Under the pieces are notes generated by a model that did no database searches, was not told where the DNA came from, and saw only the letters and a program-made list of their open reading frames with translations. A stretch of DNA of 64,000 bases from Gemmatales bacterium (lineage in GTDB: Bacteria > Planctomycetota > Planctomycetia > Gemmatales > HRBIN36): the NCBI GenBank assembly GCA_041640595.1, contig JBEPZY010000002.1, positions 372,651-436,650 of the forward strand, in the 5' to 3' direction. The position numbers and the translations under genes are program-made. Shown in pieces: positions 1-10,328 of the stretch. How positions within the stretch are numbered: the stretch's first letter is position 1; each line of letters begins with the position of its first letter.

Positions 1-549
1 ATGGCATCGCTGGCGGAATGCGTTGCCGGTCTCATCGAACTAGCCGGGCAACTGGGCGTGGGCGTGGTGCATGTGCCCGGCCTGGTGGGCGAGGAAGGAG
101 AGTGGTCGGGCTGGCAAAATTGCCTGCAAAACTGGCAGACGGTTGCGGAGCGGCACAATGTTCGGCTGGCTTGCGAATGGCTGGGCGAGCCGCCTGGCTG
201 CTGGGAAAATCAACCGGCCTCGTTCGCCGGCATCGCTTACGATTTGGGGGGCCGTCTGGTTCTGGGCGGCGATGTCGCGGGAGAGTTGCGGATACTGGCC
301 GACCGATTGTTGCAGATTCGGCTCAAGGATCGCATACGCAGCCGACCGGATCAGTTGCGACCGCTGGGCGAAGGATGTCTGCGACTGACCGTGCTGGCGC
401 GATTGCTGCAGAGCATTTCCTACCAGGGCTGGCTGGTGCTGGATCAACCGGCGGTAGTGTGCGATAAGTCAGCTCTGCAACGTCTGGGAGACCGTTTACG
501 CCAGGTCTTGCTGTCCGGAAAGTCGGCAAGCTCGTCAGTGGCGGCATGA
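1..549 (+). CDS. Sugar phosphate isomerase/epimerase (xylose isomerase-like TIM barrel) family protein, probably 5'-partial
   Basis: C-terminal TIM-barrel motifs 'AERHNVRLACE', 'LQIRLKD', 'PLGEG..L', 'ISYQGWLVL'; ORF starts at the window edge. Confidence 0.6.
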   Translation: MASLAECVAGLIELAGQLGVGVVHVPGLVGEEGEWSGWQNCLQNWQTVAERHNVRLACEWLGEPPGCWENQPASFAGIAYDLGGRLVLGGDVAGELRILADRLLQIRLKDRIRSRPDQLRPLGEGCLRLTVLARLLQSISYQGWLVLDQPAVVCDKSALQRLGDRLRQVLLSGKSASSSVAA

Positions 550-794
550 GCGTCGCTTCTGCCAGCCGCGTCGCGCCGGGTAAGCCCGTTACTGTTGGTT
601 TGACAACGCCCTGTCAAAGGGGAAAGGTTTTTAGGCCACCGGCATGTACAGACCGATAGAATAGTTTGCGACCGAGTTGGTTTGCGTGTTTCGCCAGGAT
701 TGAGTAACGCCAGGGAACTGGGGCGGTCTTGGGGAAACTGAATCCGGCCGGGTGGCCGCATTGAACGGCACGCAGGTAATTCAGAGGTGCGACG

Positions 795-1661
795 ATGGGG
801 CAACGGCGACAACTCGAACACATGCGGATGTTGATCACGGGGGCTTCGCAGGGGATCGGACGAGCTTTGTGTTTAGCGGCAGTGCGTCGCGGGGCACACG
901 TGCTGGCAACCGCGCGGAATGGTGAGTTGTTGCAGAGCCTTCAGCGTGAGGCGGAAGGGCTGCCCGGTCGGCTGGAGACGCTGGTAGCCGACGTTACTTC
1001 GCCCAACGATCGACAGCGCATGCTGGATGCGGAAGTGGAACATTTCGGCGGACTGGACATTCTTGTCAACAATGCCGGGATCGGTGCCACCGGGCATTTC
1101 AGCGATGCCAGCGAGGAACGATTGCGGCGGATATTCGAGGTGAACTTTTTCGGCCCGGCGGAACTGATACGCCTGGCGATTCCGCTATTGCGGCAGGGAA
1201 AAACGCCGCTCATCGTCAATATTTCCTCAATCGTCGGCTTGCGGGCCTTCCCAGCACGCAGTGAATATTCGGCGAGTAAATTTGCCCTGCAGGGTTTGTC
1301 GGAGGCGTTGCGGGCGGAATTAGTGCGTTATGGGATCGACGTGCTGGTGGTCAGTCCCGGTCTCACCGCCACCAATTTCCCGCAAAACATGATCGAAAAC
1401 AAAGCCCGCTGGCCGATGGATCACAAACGTTCCATGTCGCCGGAACAGGTCGCAGAGGCCACCCTGCGCGCTATCGAAAAGGGTCGCCGCAGCCTCGTTC
1501 TGACCTGGGAAGGGAAGATGGTAGTCTGGCTGAATCGGCTGGTGCCCTGGTTCGTGGACTGGATGATGGCCCGCAAGGTTTATCAGCTGTACCGCGACGA
1601 GATCGAAGCCCGGAACAAGAACGAGCCTACCGCGCCGCTGGTTTCCTCGCCCACGGGATAG
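795..1661 (+). CDS. SDR family NAD(P)-dependent oxidoreductase
   Basis: TGASQGIG Rossmann motif, LVNNAG, catalytic YSASK. Confidence 0.93.
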   Translation: MGQRRQLEHMRMLITGASQGIGRALCLAAVRRGAHVLATARNGELLQSLQREAEGLPGRLETLVADVTSPNDRQRMLDAEVEHFGGLDILVNNAGIGATGHFSDASEERLRRIFEVNFFGPAELIRLAIPLLRQGKTPLIVNISSIVGLRAFPARSEYSASKFALQGLSEALRAELVRYGIDVLVVSPGLTATNFPQNMIENKARWPMDHKRSMSPEQVAEATLRAIEKGRRSLVLTWEGKMVVWLNRLVPWFVDWMMARKVYQLYRDEIEARNKNEPTAPLVSSPTG

Positions 1662-1849
1662 CTTCGCCTCACCTGTGCACCGAGAAACGAAACGTGCCGG
1701 TGCCGCGGGCCAACCGCTCGCCCAGAATGCGGGCTCACTTGTGCACCGAGAAAGGAAACACGCCCGCCTGGCTCACGCGAGCCGATCTCCATTGCAGATG
1801 GGAACGCTGTTGCAGATGTGCGTTTCCCGCACATAAGTATGCTACTTTC

Positions 1850-2380
1850 CCACGGGGGGCTTACGCCCGTCACTCCTGTGTCTCGTGTACCGTAGACCGG
1901 TTGCCGGCGCACGTGGGCATCACCGCGACGTGTTTCGTTTCCCACGGGGGTCTTACGCCCCCCGCTCCTGGCGCTTGGACGGGTGTTCGTTCACCGGAGA
2001 AATAACGCCTTTTGCGATGCAGAAACGCACGTTCACAAGAGCGGCGGGCGTCAGCCCGCCGTGGGTGTGAGTAACGCCGTTGCAATTGCGAACGCTTTCA
2101 CCCAGCGCCGCGCACGTCAGCCCGCCGTGGCTGGGTAATACCGATGGCGTGCTGCAAATACCGAGCACTGCTCGGCAACTACCGCACGCTCGAACAACAG
2201 TGCCCTCCGTCAGCCGGCCGTGGGTGTGTCTCGCGTCTGCAATGGCGCAGGTACGACCACGGTCGGCTTACGCCGACCGCTCTTGGTTGCATAACCGGCT
2301 TCGCCACGAAACGCCCGATTTGTGATGCGGAGTCGGACATATCATCACAAGAGAGCCGCGCACCTCAGCCCGCCGTGGTT
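1850..2380. repeat. REP-like hairpin cluster 1 (between convergent SDR and trxA)
   Basis: Several copies of CACGGGGGGCTTACGCCC../GAGCGGCGGGCGTCAGCCCGCCGTG; ~2040-2130 is the reverse complement of ~7945-8035. Confidence 0.85.
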
Positions 2381-2537
2381 CGGAAACGCACCGGCAGGGG
2401 CGAACATTTTTCGCCGACCAGGAACGCTGGCGCTTGTCGCGCAGCTCACGCGAGCAGTAGTGTATTCCGGGGAAAGTAGCTGAGGTGAAGCGGGGTTGTC
2501 GGGCTTGATCGGTTTCGGGTGAGCGGACGGGAGGGGG

Positions 2538-2867
2538 TTATTTCAAAGCCCGTTCGACGGCATCTTCGTAGGCTTTTTTCGGCATCGCTCCGACCAGACG
2601 ATCTACGGGCTGACCGTTCTTGAAGATGTAAACCTGGGGAATGGAAGTGATGCCGTATCGGCTGGCCAGTTCCTGATTGTCGTCCACATCCACTTTGCCG
2701 ACCTTGATCCGACCGGCATACTGGTCGGCGATGGCTTCGATATAAGGGGCAATCATGCGACAGGGTCCGCACCAGGTGGCCCAGAAATCTACCAGCACCG
2801 GTACCGGACTCTGCAGCACCTCCGTTTCCCAGTTGGCGCTATTGAGTTCGAGGACGTTTCTGGCCAT
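2538..2867 (-). CDS. trxA: Thioredoxin
   Basis: PVLVDFWATWCGPC active site; 109 aa from ATG at 2867 (MARNVLEL). Confidence 0.95.
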   Translation of the reverse strand: MARNVLELNSANWETEVLQSPVPVLVDFWATWCGPCRMIAPYIEAIADQYAGRIKVGKVDVDDNQELASRYGITSIPQVYIFKNGQPVDRLVGAMPKKAYEDAVERALK

Positions 2868-3071
2868 GCAGGTTCTCCATGAAGTGTGCCGATGGATAGC
2901 CCCGAATTTCGGGTGGTCATGTTCCGCTGACGCATTATATGACCGGATGGTCAGCCGGGATGAATGCCGCACTGGGGATCGTCGTCGCAATATCGGCGGA
3001 GATTACTGACCTTGGCGAACTGGCGACCGGTATGCTACAATCCGGCGGTCGCTTTGCACGGAGGGAGAAAT

Positions 3072-4097
3072 ATGTGTCAGGCCGGCTACCGAAGTTCCGA
3101 ATCGTGTGCCCAACGCCGCGGACAGGTGCTCCTGGTGCACTGTGCCGTAGCGGCGTTGTGGACGGCCCTGATTGCCTGGTGCCCGGCGCAAACGCCCGCA
3201 CCGGTCGTCGTGGTCAACGGCGAACCCATCCCGGAAAAAGACCTGCAGCGTGCTCTGGATCGGCTCCCCGCGGAACATCGCCAGCGGGCCCGGCAGGAGA
3301 TTCTCGAACGCCTTATTGACAATCTGCTCATTGACCAGCACCTGCTCAGTCTGCAAATACCCGCTCCGCCGGACGAAATCGAAGCACGCCTGCGGCAGAT
3401 TCAGGAAGAAGTCAAACGCAGCGGCCAGGATTACCAGAAACTTCTGCAAGAACTCGCGCTCACCGAGGTAGAACTCAAACGCCAGATCGCCGCCGAACTC
3501 CGCTGGGAACGCTACCTGCAAAGCCAGATTCCCGACGCTGCGTTGCAGAAGTTTTTCCAGGAACATCGCGAATGGTTCAACGGCAGCGCTGTGCAGGCCC
3601 GGCACATTCTGGTAGCCTGCCCGGCTCAAGCTGACCCGACCCAGAAAAAGCAGGCTCAGCAGAAGGCAGAGCAACTCCGCCAGCACATCCTCGCCGAGGT
3701 GGAAAAACGTTTGGCACAAACCCGTACCGCCAGCAATGAAGAAAAGGAAACCCTGCGGCAGCGATTGCTGGTGGAAGTGTTTGCCGAGACTGCCATCAAA
3801 CATTCCGAATGCCCCTCGAAAACCCGCGGCGGCGATTTGGGCTGGTTTCCGCGGATCGGGGTCATGGTCGAGCCATTCGCTGCCGCTGCTTTTGCCACAC
3901 CGGTCGGTCAGGTCAGTCCGCCCGTCGAAACGCCTTTCGGTTACCATCTCATTCTGGTGACCGGCAAACAACCAGGCCGCGAGGTCAAGTTTGAGGATGT
4001 TAAAGACGAAGTGCGCGAGGTTCAAGGCGAACGACTCCGCCAGGAATTGCTCCGCCAGTTACGCTCCAAGGCACGCATCGAGTTCCCCAATCGCTGA
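3072..4097 (+). CDS. Parvulin-type peptidyl-prolyl isomerase (SurA/PrsA-like), exported
   Basis: Signal peptide, SurA-like N-region, ARHIL, 'HSECPSKTRGGDLGWF', 'PVETPFGYHLI'; GGAG RBS before ATG 3072. Confidence 0.9.
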   Translation: MCQAGYRSSESCAQRRGQVLLVHCAVAALWTALIAWCPAQTPAPVVVVNGEPIPEKDLQRALDRLPAEHRQRARQEILERLIDNLLIDQHLLSLQIPAPPDEIEARLRQIQEEVKRSGQDYQKLLQELALTEVELKRQIAAELRWERYLQSQIPDAALQKFFQEHREWFNGSAVQARHILVACPAQADPTQKKQAQQKAEQLRQHILAEVEKRLAQTRTASNEEKETLRQRLLVEVFAETAIKHSECPSKTRGGDLGWFPRIGVMVEPFAAAAFATPVGQVSPPVETPFGYHLILVTGKQPGREVKFEDVKDEVREVQGERLRQELLRQLRSKARIEFPNR

Positions 4098-4286
4098 GCA
4101 GCACGCTGTCGAAACGTATTTCCCCACTGCATGGAGCCGACGGCCGGTCTTGGAACAAGTTCAAATCAACATCCTGCGCTGTCGAAACGCATTTCCCAAC
4201 CGCATGGAGCCGACGTTCACCGCTGGCGTGAACGGGAATGGTGCACCGCTCACGTTGCTTTTGCAGCAACCGCGCACGGTACATTC

Positions 4287-4570
4287 GGAGCGGGGGCGTA
4301 AGCCCCCGTGGGATAAGTATCGATCTCCTCGGCGAGAATCGCACGAATCCAGCTTCGGAGCCTGGCGAACTACCAATGTTCCGTGGGACCATTGCCACTC
4401 TGGTCGGCGAAAATCGCCCATCTGCAACGGTGTCGGCACGTGCAACCAAGAGCGGGGGGCGTAAGCCCCCCGGGGAGTGCTTGATTGTGTGCGCGCCGGT
4501 CGGCGCACAATGCTTGATTTTCACGGCACGGTGTTCGTGTCACCGACCACGGCGGGCTGACGGTCGCCAC
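4287..4570. repeat. REP-like hairpin cluster 2
   Basis: GGAGCGGGGGCGTAAGCCCCCGTG and GAGCGGGGGGCGTAAGCCCCCCG; linker 4481-4568 recurs at 8036-8123. Confidence 0.85.
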
Positions 4571-4706
4571 TGGACGAGAGCGTCCGCTATTGCGATTGCG
4601 TGACTCAAAACCACGACGGGATGACCGTCGCCGATCTCGATTGGAGTGTGGCGTAGTGGAACTGGACGAGTACGCTAGCCGGGCGACGAACGATTATTTC
4701 CGGTAA

Positions 4707-5033
4707 CTAACGAATAGCTCCGGCGGGAGATGGGCGGCCGAAGGGCGGTGTATTGGGGCCAGCCGGTGACATGTCGCGGTAATCCTGTGGTTTGGAAGGA
4801 AACCAGTCCCGGCGGCGAGGCAGGTCTGCCAGGCTGGGCGGCTGATTGTAACGTTGTTCGTCCGGCGGAGGGGCTTTGAATTCCTGATATTTCGTCGAGC
4901 CAATCAGCCGCCAGGTCTCCGTGGAGGATACACAGCCGATCAGTCCCATCAAGGCGGCCAACAAAATGGCCCGGCCGCGAGAATGGCTTTGCCCCTGTCG
5001 GCGTTCCATGTGCGTATCATTCCCGTGAGTCAT
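4707..5033 (-). CDS. Hypothetical small lipoprotein
   Basis: Basic N-region, hydrophobic core and lipobox-like LIGC; Pro-rich tail. Confidence 0.6.
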   Translation of the reverse strand: MTHGNDTHMERRQGQSHSRGRAILLAALMGLIGCVSSTETWRLIGSTKYQEFKAPPPDEQRYNQPPSLADLPRRRDWFPSKPQDYRDMSPAGPNTPPFGRPSPAGAIR

Positions 5034-5241
5034 ACGATTGAGTCCCGGCCCCAGCGGAAGAAGTCCAACTCACCCGCTCGGCAAAGGATGCAAGTGGCAT
5101 AGCGGGTTCGGCGATTCGGTCAAGCTCAAGTGGCCATCATCGCCTGGACTTACCGCTGCCGGCCAAGTCGGCATCGCGCTGGCCGGGACTCCCGCCGACA
5201 ACCTGCATGGAAGTGCTCCTGCATAGCCGACGAGGAAAGTC

Positions 5242-6429
5242 ATGCCCGGTACGGTAATCCTGCGGTCGCGGCGAGCGAAACCTTTTTTCTCCCGTCATCC
5301 CTGGATTTACGCGGGAGCTATTGGCGAGGTTCAGGGCCAGCCTGCCGACGGCGACGAAGTCGAAGTTTTTTCCCATGGGGGTCATTTCATTGCCCGCGGC
5401 CTTTACAATAGCCGGAGCCGGGTTCGTGTCCGCCTTTACTGCTGGGAAGCGAATCGGCCGCTGGACGAAAATTTCTGGCGGGAACGTTTGGAGCAGGCCA
5501 TTCGTTTACGCCGCGACGTGCTGCATTTGCTGGGGCCGGGCAAAGCTTGCCGACTCGTTTTCAGTGAAGGAGATGGGCTGTCGGGACTGACCGTGGATTG
5601 GTACGATGGCTGGGTGGTGCTGCAATTTACCGGGCTGGGCCTGGCGTTGCGCCGGGACATGTTCGTACGGATTCTGGCGGAATTGTTGCGACCCCGAGGC
5701 ATCCTGCTGCGGATCGAAAAGAGCATTTCCCCTCTGGAAGGGCTCGACCTGACCGAGGGGGTGTTGTGGGGAGAAGCTCCCCGCGAGCCGGTGGTCATCG
5801 AAGAAAATGGCGTGGCGTTCCTGGTAGATTTGACGGGCGGACAGAAGACCGGCTTTTATCTGGATCAGCGGGAAAATCATGTGGCCGTCAGTCGCTATGC
5901 CGCGGGTCGGCGAGTGCTGGATGCGTTCTGCTACACCGGCGGGTTCGGTCTGCATGCCGCTCGCCACGGTGCTTTAGAAGTGCTGGGCGTGGATAGCTCG
6001 GCCGGGGCGATTCGTCTGGCTCAGCTCAATGCGGAGCGCAATCGGCTCAGCCAGGTTCGTTTCGTGGAAGCCGAAGTATTCCGCTTTCTGGAAGAGCTGG
6101 CCCGTGAGCAACAACGTTTCGGGATGATTATCCTCGACCCGCCCAAATTCGCCCATCGCCAGAGTGCCGTCGAAAACGCCCTGCAAGGATACCGGCGCTT
6201 GCTGGCCCTGAGTTTGTTGCTGTTGGAAACGGAAGGAATCCTGGTGACCTGCTGCTGTTCCGGCTTGATCACCATGGAGATGCTGGAAGAACTGGCAGCC
6301 CAGGCCGCCACCAAAGCCCGCCGCCATGTTCAGATTCTCGAACGCCACTATCAACCGGCCGACCATCCCGTCGCCGTCTCCTGCCGCGAATCTTCGTACT
6401 TGAAATGTCTGATAAAACGGGTATGCTAG
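5242..6429 (+). CDS. rlmI: Class I SAM-dependent rRNA methyltransferase, RlmI/RlmK family
   Basis: PUA-like 'RHPWIY', 'SEGDGLSGL', 'GQKTGFYLDQREN', 'FCYTGGF', 'LDPPKFA', 'YLK'. Confidence 0.85.
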   Translation: MPGTVILRSRRAKPFFSRHPWIYAGAIGEVQGQPADGDEVEVFSHGGHFIARGLYNSRSRVRVRLYCWEANRPLDENFWRERLEQAIRLRRDVLHLLGPGKACRLVFSEGDGLSGLTVDWYDGWVVLQFTGLGLALRRDMFVRILAELLRPRGILLRIEKSISPLEGLDLTEGVLWGEAPREPVVIEENGVAFLVDLTGGQKTGFYLDQRENHVAVSRYAAGRRVLDAFCYTGGFGLHAARHGALEVLGVDSSAGAIRLAQLNAERNRLSQVRFVEAEVFRFLEELAREQQRFGMIILDPPKFAHRQSAVENALQGYRRLLALSLLLLETEGILVTCCCSGLITMEMLEELAAQAATKARRHVQILERHYQPADHPVAVSCRESSYLKCLIKRVC

Positions 6430-6549
6430 AAACATCACCGTTGAAACCGCAGCGTCCGCAGAAGGGTATATACCAGGGATAGGCGTCTGGCACACGTCCA
6501 ACGAAAAAGGGCCGGCGTCGGCTGGCCGGAACAGGAAAGGAGAGAACCG

Positions 6550-7581
6550 ATGATTTCCTCTCGCCGAATCTGCGTGTCTATGCTGGTCGGTATGTTGGTG
6601 GGCAGCATTTGCTGGCTGGGACACCCCCTGCCGCTTCGCGCGGAGCCGGTGGATAAACTTTTGCCTGCCGAAACCCAGATGGTTATGCATCTGGATCTGC
6701 GGCAACTGCAAAAGTCGCAATTGTTCAAGAAACATCTGCAAAAACCGCTCCGCGAAGCCCTGAAGGATAACGACAACCTCAAACAACTGCAAGAAGCAAC
6801 CGGTCTGGATGTGCTCAAGGACATCCACACCGTTACCATCGCCCTGACCAAATTCAAAATTGACCCCGCGAATCCGAAAGATGTTAATCCGAACGACGTC
6901 GAGTTGCTGGCGGTGATTCGCGGCGATTTCGCTCGTGATCCGCTTGTCAAAGCGATAAAGAAAAACGAAGAGCTGGAATCCCGTCGCTATCAGGGCTACG
7001 ACATTTTCATCACCAAAGAGGATGATGACGGCCAGCGGGCTTATATCTGCGTAGCCGAAGATGGAGTCATTCTGGCTTCCAACCAGCGGTCGCGGTTACA
7101 AAAATCGCTCGACACGCTGCAGCAGTCCCAGCCTGCGAAAGTCAACAAACCGCTCCGCACCGCCATTGAAGGCATCCCGGCAGGTCAGACTCTGTGGCTG
7201 GCGGTGGGAGAAGTGCCGCTGCTGAAGGAACTCGCCAAGCAAAACGACGACGCTGCCGATGCCCTCGAGAAACTCGTGGGATTCAGCTTCACTATCGGCG
7301 TCTCGGACAAGGTCTCGGTCGCCGTGCGAGCCCACGGCAAGGACGAGGATGCTGCCCGGGAATTCCGTGCCGGCTTCGAGAAACTTCGCGGCTTCCTTGC
7401 TTTTTTTGCTGCCAACGATCAGCAGGTCGGCCCCATTGTGCAGGATATTCTCAACACCGTGAAAACTACCGCCAAAGACACCACAGCTACCCTCGAATTG
7501 GAGCTGACTGAAGAAATCATCCAGAAAATCATCAAGACCGTTCAGGCGATGCTCGGCGGGGCAGTTAATCAGGACGATTGA
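6550..7581 (+). CDS. Exported hypothetical protein (planctomycete type)
   Basis: AGGAG RBS, signal peptide, 343-aa ORF with strong coding-like composition. Confidence 0.75.
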   Translation: MISSRRICVSMLVGMLVGSICWLGHPLPLRAEPVDKLLPAETQMVMHLDLRQLQKSQLFKKHLQKPLREALKDNDNLKQLQEATGLDVLKDIHTVTIALTKFKIDPANPKDVNPNDVELLAVIRGDFARDPLVKAIKKNEELESRRYQGYDIFITKEDDDGQRAYICVAEDGVILASNQRSRLQKSLDTLQQSQPAKVNKPLRTAIEGIPAGQTLWLAVGEVPLLKELAKQNDDAADALEKLVGFSFTIGVSDKVSVAVRAHGKDEDAAREFRAGFEKLRGFLAFFAANDQQVGPIVQDILNTVKTTAKDTTATLELELTEEIIQKIIKTVQAMLGGAVNQDD

Positions 7582-7689
7582 GAGGCCACGGAACATCGCA
7601 CGCCCTATGCGTCCCATCGGACGGTCTTTCAACCGAACTGAATGAGAGCGACACGAACGACGGCGACACATAGAGACCGTCCACGCCAT

Positions 7690-8400
7690 CTTGTGAATGT
7701 GCGTTTGTGCATCGCAAAAATCGCCATTCCTCCGGCACACGGTCGTTGTAACAACGCCAGGAGCGGGGGGCGTAAGCCCCCCGTGGGAAACTATCGCTCT
7801 CCTCGGCGAGAATCGCACTTCTGCAACGGCGTCCGTACATGCAAGCTGGACCGGGGGGCGTAAGCCCCTCGTGGAATACCCTCCGCATGCGAACTCGAAA
7901 CGGGCAAATTCATCGCATTGCCGCTGCAGACGCGGTTTGCAAACCACGGCGGGCTGAGGTGCGCGGCGTTGGGCGAAAGCATTCGCAATTGCAACGGCGT
8001 TACTCACACCCACGGCGGGCTGACGCCCGCCGCTCTTGATTGTGTGCGCGCCGGTCGGGGCACAATGCTTGATTTTCACGCTACGGCGTTCGTATCACCG
8101 ACCACGGCGGGCTGACGGTCGCCGCTCTTGTGGATATGCGTTTGTGCATCGCACAAATCCGTTATTCTTCCGGCATACGGTCGTTGTAACAGCGCCAGGA
8201 GCGGGGGGCGTAAGCCCCCCGTGGGAAACTATCGCTCTCCTCGGCGAGAATCGCACTTCTGCAATGGCGTCCGTACACGCGATCATGAGCGGGGGGCGTA
8301 AGCCCCCCGTGGGAAGAGTATCGCCCTGATCGGCGAGAACACCACATTTGCGAAAACGACCGCACGTGGACCACGAGCGGTCGTGGTAAGCCCCCCGTGG
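7690..8400. repeat. REP-like hairpin cluster 3
   Basis: About 8 copies of the hairpin in both orientations; linkers repeated internally (~7740-7840 vs ~8178-8280). Confidence 0.88.
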
Positions 8401-8410
8401 GAAAATTAGC

Positions 8411-8725
8411 CCGCCGCGGATGGGAAACGATCTTTGCGTAGGTCAACAGCACCGTCTCCCTGGCAGACCGTGGAGAAATTACCCCATCGCGGATGGGAAA
8501 CGATCTTTGCGTAGGTCAACAGAGCCGTCTCCCCCGGCCGACCGTGGAGAAATTACCCCATCGCGGATGGGAAACGATCTTTGCGTAAGTCAACAGCGCG
8601 ACCTCCCTGGCAGACCGTGGAGACATTACCCCGCCGCGGATGGGAAATGATCCTTGCGTAAGTCAACAGCGCGACCTCCCTGGCAGACCGTGGAGATATT
8701 ACCCCATCGCGGATGGGAAATGATC
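8411..8725. repeat. 73-74 bp tandem repeat, about 4.3 copies
   Basis: GCGGATGGGAAA(C/T)GATC starts at 8416, 8489, 8563, 8636, 8709. Confidence 0.92.
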
Positions 8726-8777
8726 GTCTCTGCTGCAAGGGGCGAGGAGCGCTCCCTTTTACTGTGCCGCGATGTGA

Positions 8778-9135
8778 AAGACCGTATTGTCTTGGCCGAC
8801 CGGGGACCCAGGTTATAAGCGCAGCGGCTTAGCATTGTTCGCTGGCCCCTGCATATTACGAAATCTAGAGATGTCAGGTTATAAGCGTAGCGGGCTAGGA
8901 TTGCTCGGCCGTAATGTCGAGGCCATGTTATATTGCTCGACGGGGACCCAGGTTGTGAGCGCGGTGATAAGCCTGAAGAGCTGCCATTGGTCGACCACAA
9001 TCGGGAAGTCGTGTTATCTTGTTCGAGGAGGGCCCTTAAGAACGCCGCCGGTCGCTATAACATCAGCACGAAGTCGTGTTATCTTGTTCGAGAGAGGCCC
9101 AGGTTATAAGCACGGCAAGGTAGCATTGCTCCACC
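8778..9135. repeat. Degenerate ~65-75 bp tandem repeat array
   Basis: Recurrent CAGGTTATAAGC(G/A) and GAAGTCGTGTTATCTTGTTCGAG motifs. Confidence 0.7.
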
Positions 9136-9378
9136 GCCAGTGAGCAGTGGTTTTATCTTGCCCGAACGGGCCCGTTGGGCGAGTTAGACTTTTCACGGCG
9201 AAAATTTTCGGCATACTTGCCGGCACCAGCGACCGTGAATACATGCCATTTTTCGACCGTGGGAACTTGCGGATGGCAATGAGCATCGCAGCAAGTGGCA
9301 TGACCGCTATCTGAACAACACCCGCTCACGGCCGAATTGGTCGCGGTCGGCTGAACAGGAGAACGTGCCATCGAAGCA

Positions 9379-10215
9379 ATGGGCGACGTGCTGACCATGA
9401 TCCTGGGCAATGCCGAACTGCTGCTGGTCTCCTGGCTGGCTGCGCTGCATGCGGGGCTTTACACCTACGGAACGATTTTCGTCTCGATGATGGTGGTGGC
9501 CCTGGTGATGCCGGAAGAACCAGCCTTGCTCGCCTGGGGTCTGGCGGTGGGAGCCTGGCAAGCTCAACCGAGCCTGGCGTGCCTGGCCGCCATCGCGGGC
9601 GTGCTGACCACGGATGCGGTGTTGTATGCCCTGGGACGATTCGGTGGCCGACGATTGTTATTCCGACTGCGGTTGAGTGCCTGGCTGAGCGAAAATCGGC
9701 GGAAGGCTATCGAGCGAGGCTTTCGTCAGGCCGGCGCTGCCTGGTTGATCACGGCGCGCCTGGTACCGATTCCTGGACTGCGCACAGGAGTGTTTGTCTC
9801 GGCGGGATTGCTGCATTATCCGTGGTGGCGATTCCTTCTGTGCGATGCCATTTTTCTGGCACTGGTGGGCGGGATTCTGATTCTGGGCGGGTATTATTAT
9901 GCCGATGCTATGGGCCGATGGTTGCAGGGATTCGACACGTTGCGTTACTGGCTGGCGTTGCTGGCAGCGCTGGTGGTCGGTGGGTTGGGATTGGCCTACG
10001 TCAGCGCCTGGTTGGGCCGGAAAATCTCCGGTGCCGTAGATAACGAACCGGTGCCGAGCCAGGCCAGCGATCAAACGGCACGGTCTCCGCGAATTGGGCC
10101 GCTATTACCCAAACCTGCCGACGCGCAGACCAGCAGCAACGGGCAGCACGGCAATGCCTCAGAACCAGCCCAACCGCCAGGTTCGTCTCGCGCGCCTACG
10201 ATTCACGAGCCGTAA
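9379..10215 (+). CDS. DedA family membrane protein
   Basis: 'PEE..L..G', 'D..LYALGR.GG', 'ARLVPIPGLR....SAG','RF...D'. Confidence 0.88.
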   Translation: MGDVLTMILGNAELLLVSWLAALHAGLYTYGTIFVSMMVVALVMPEEPALLAWGLAVGAWQAQPSLACLAAIAGVLTTDAVLYALGRFGGRRLLFRLRLSAWLSENRRKAIERGFRQAGAAWLITARLVPIPGLRTGVFVSAGLLHYPWWRFLLCDAIFLALVGGILILGGYYYADAMGRWLQGFDTLRYWLALLAALVVGGLGLAYVSAWLGRKISGAVDNEPVPSQASDQTARSPRIGPLLPKPADAQTSSNGQHGNASEPAQPPGSSRAPTIHEP

Positions 10216-10328
10216 TGGTCGCGGCAAAATCGAGCGGGCCAGTGATGGTAAGCACTACGGTGCCCGACTGCCCCACCTTGGCGGTAATACCACGGTGCGC
10301 CTGCCCTATATTGCCCACAACTGTGGTG

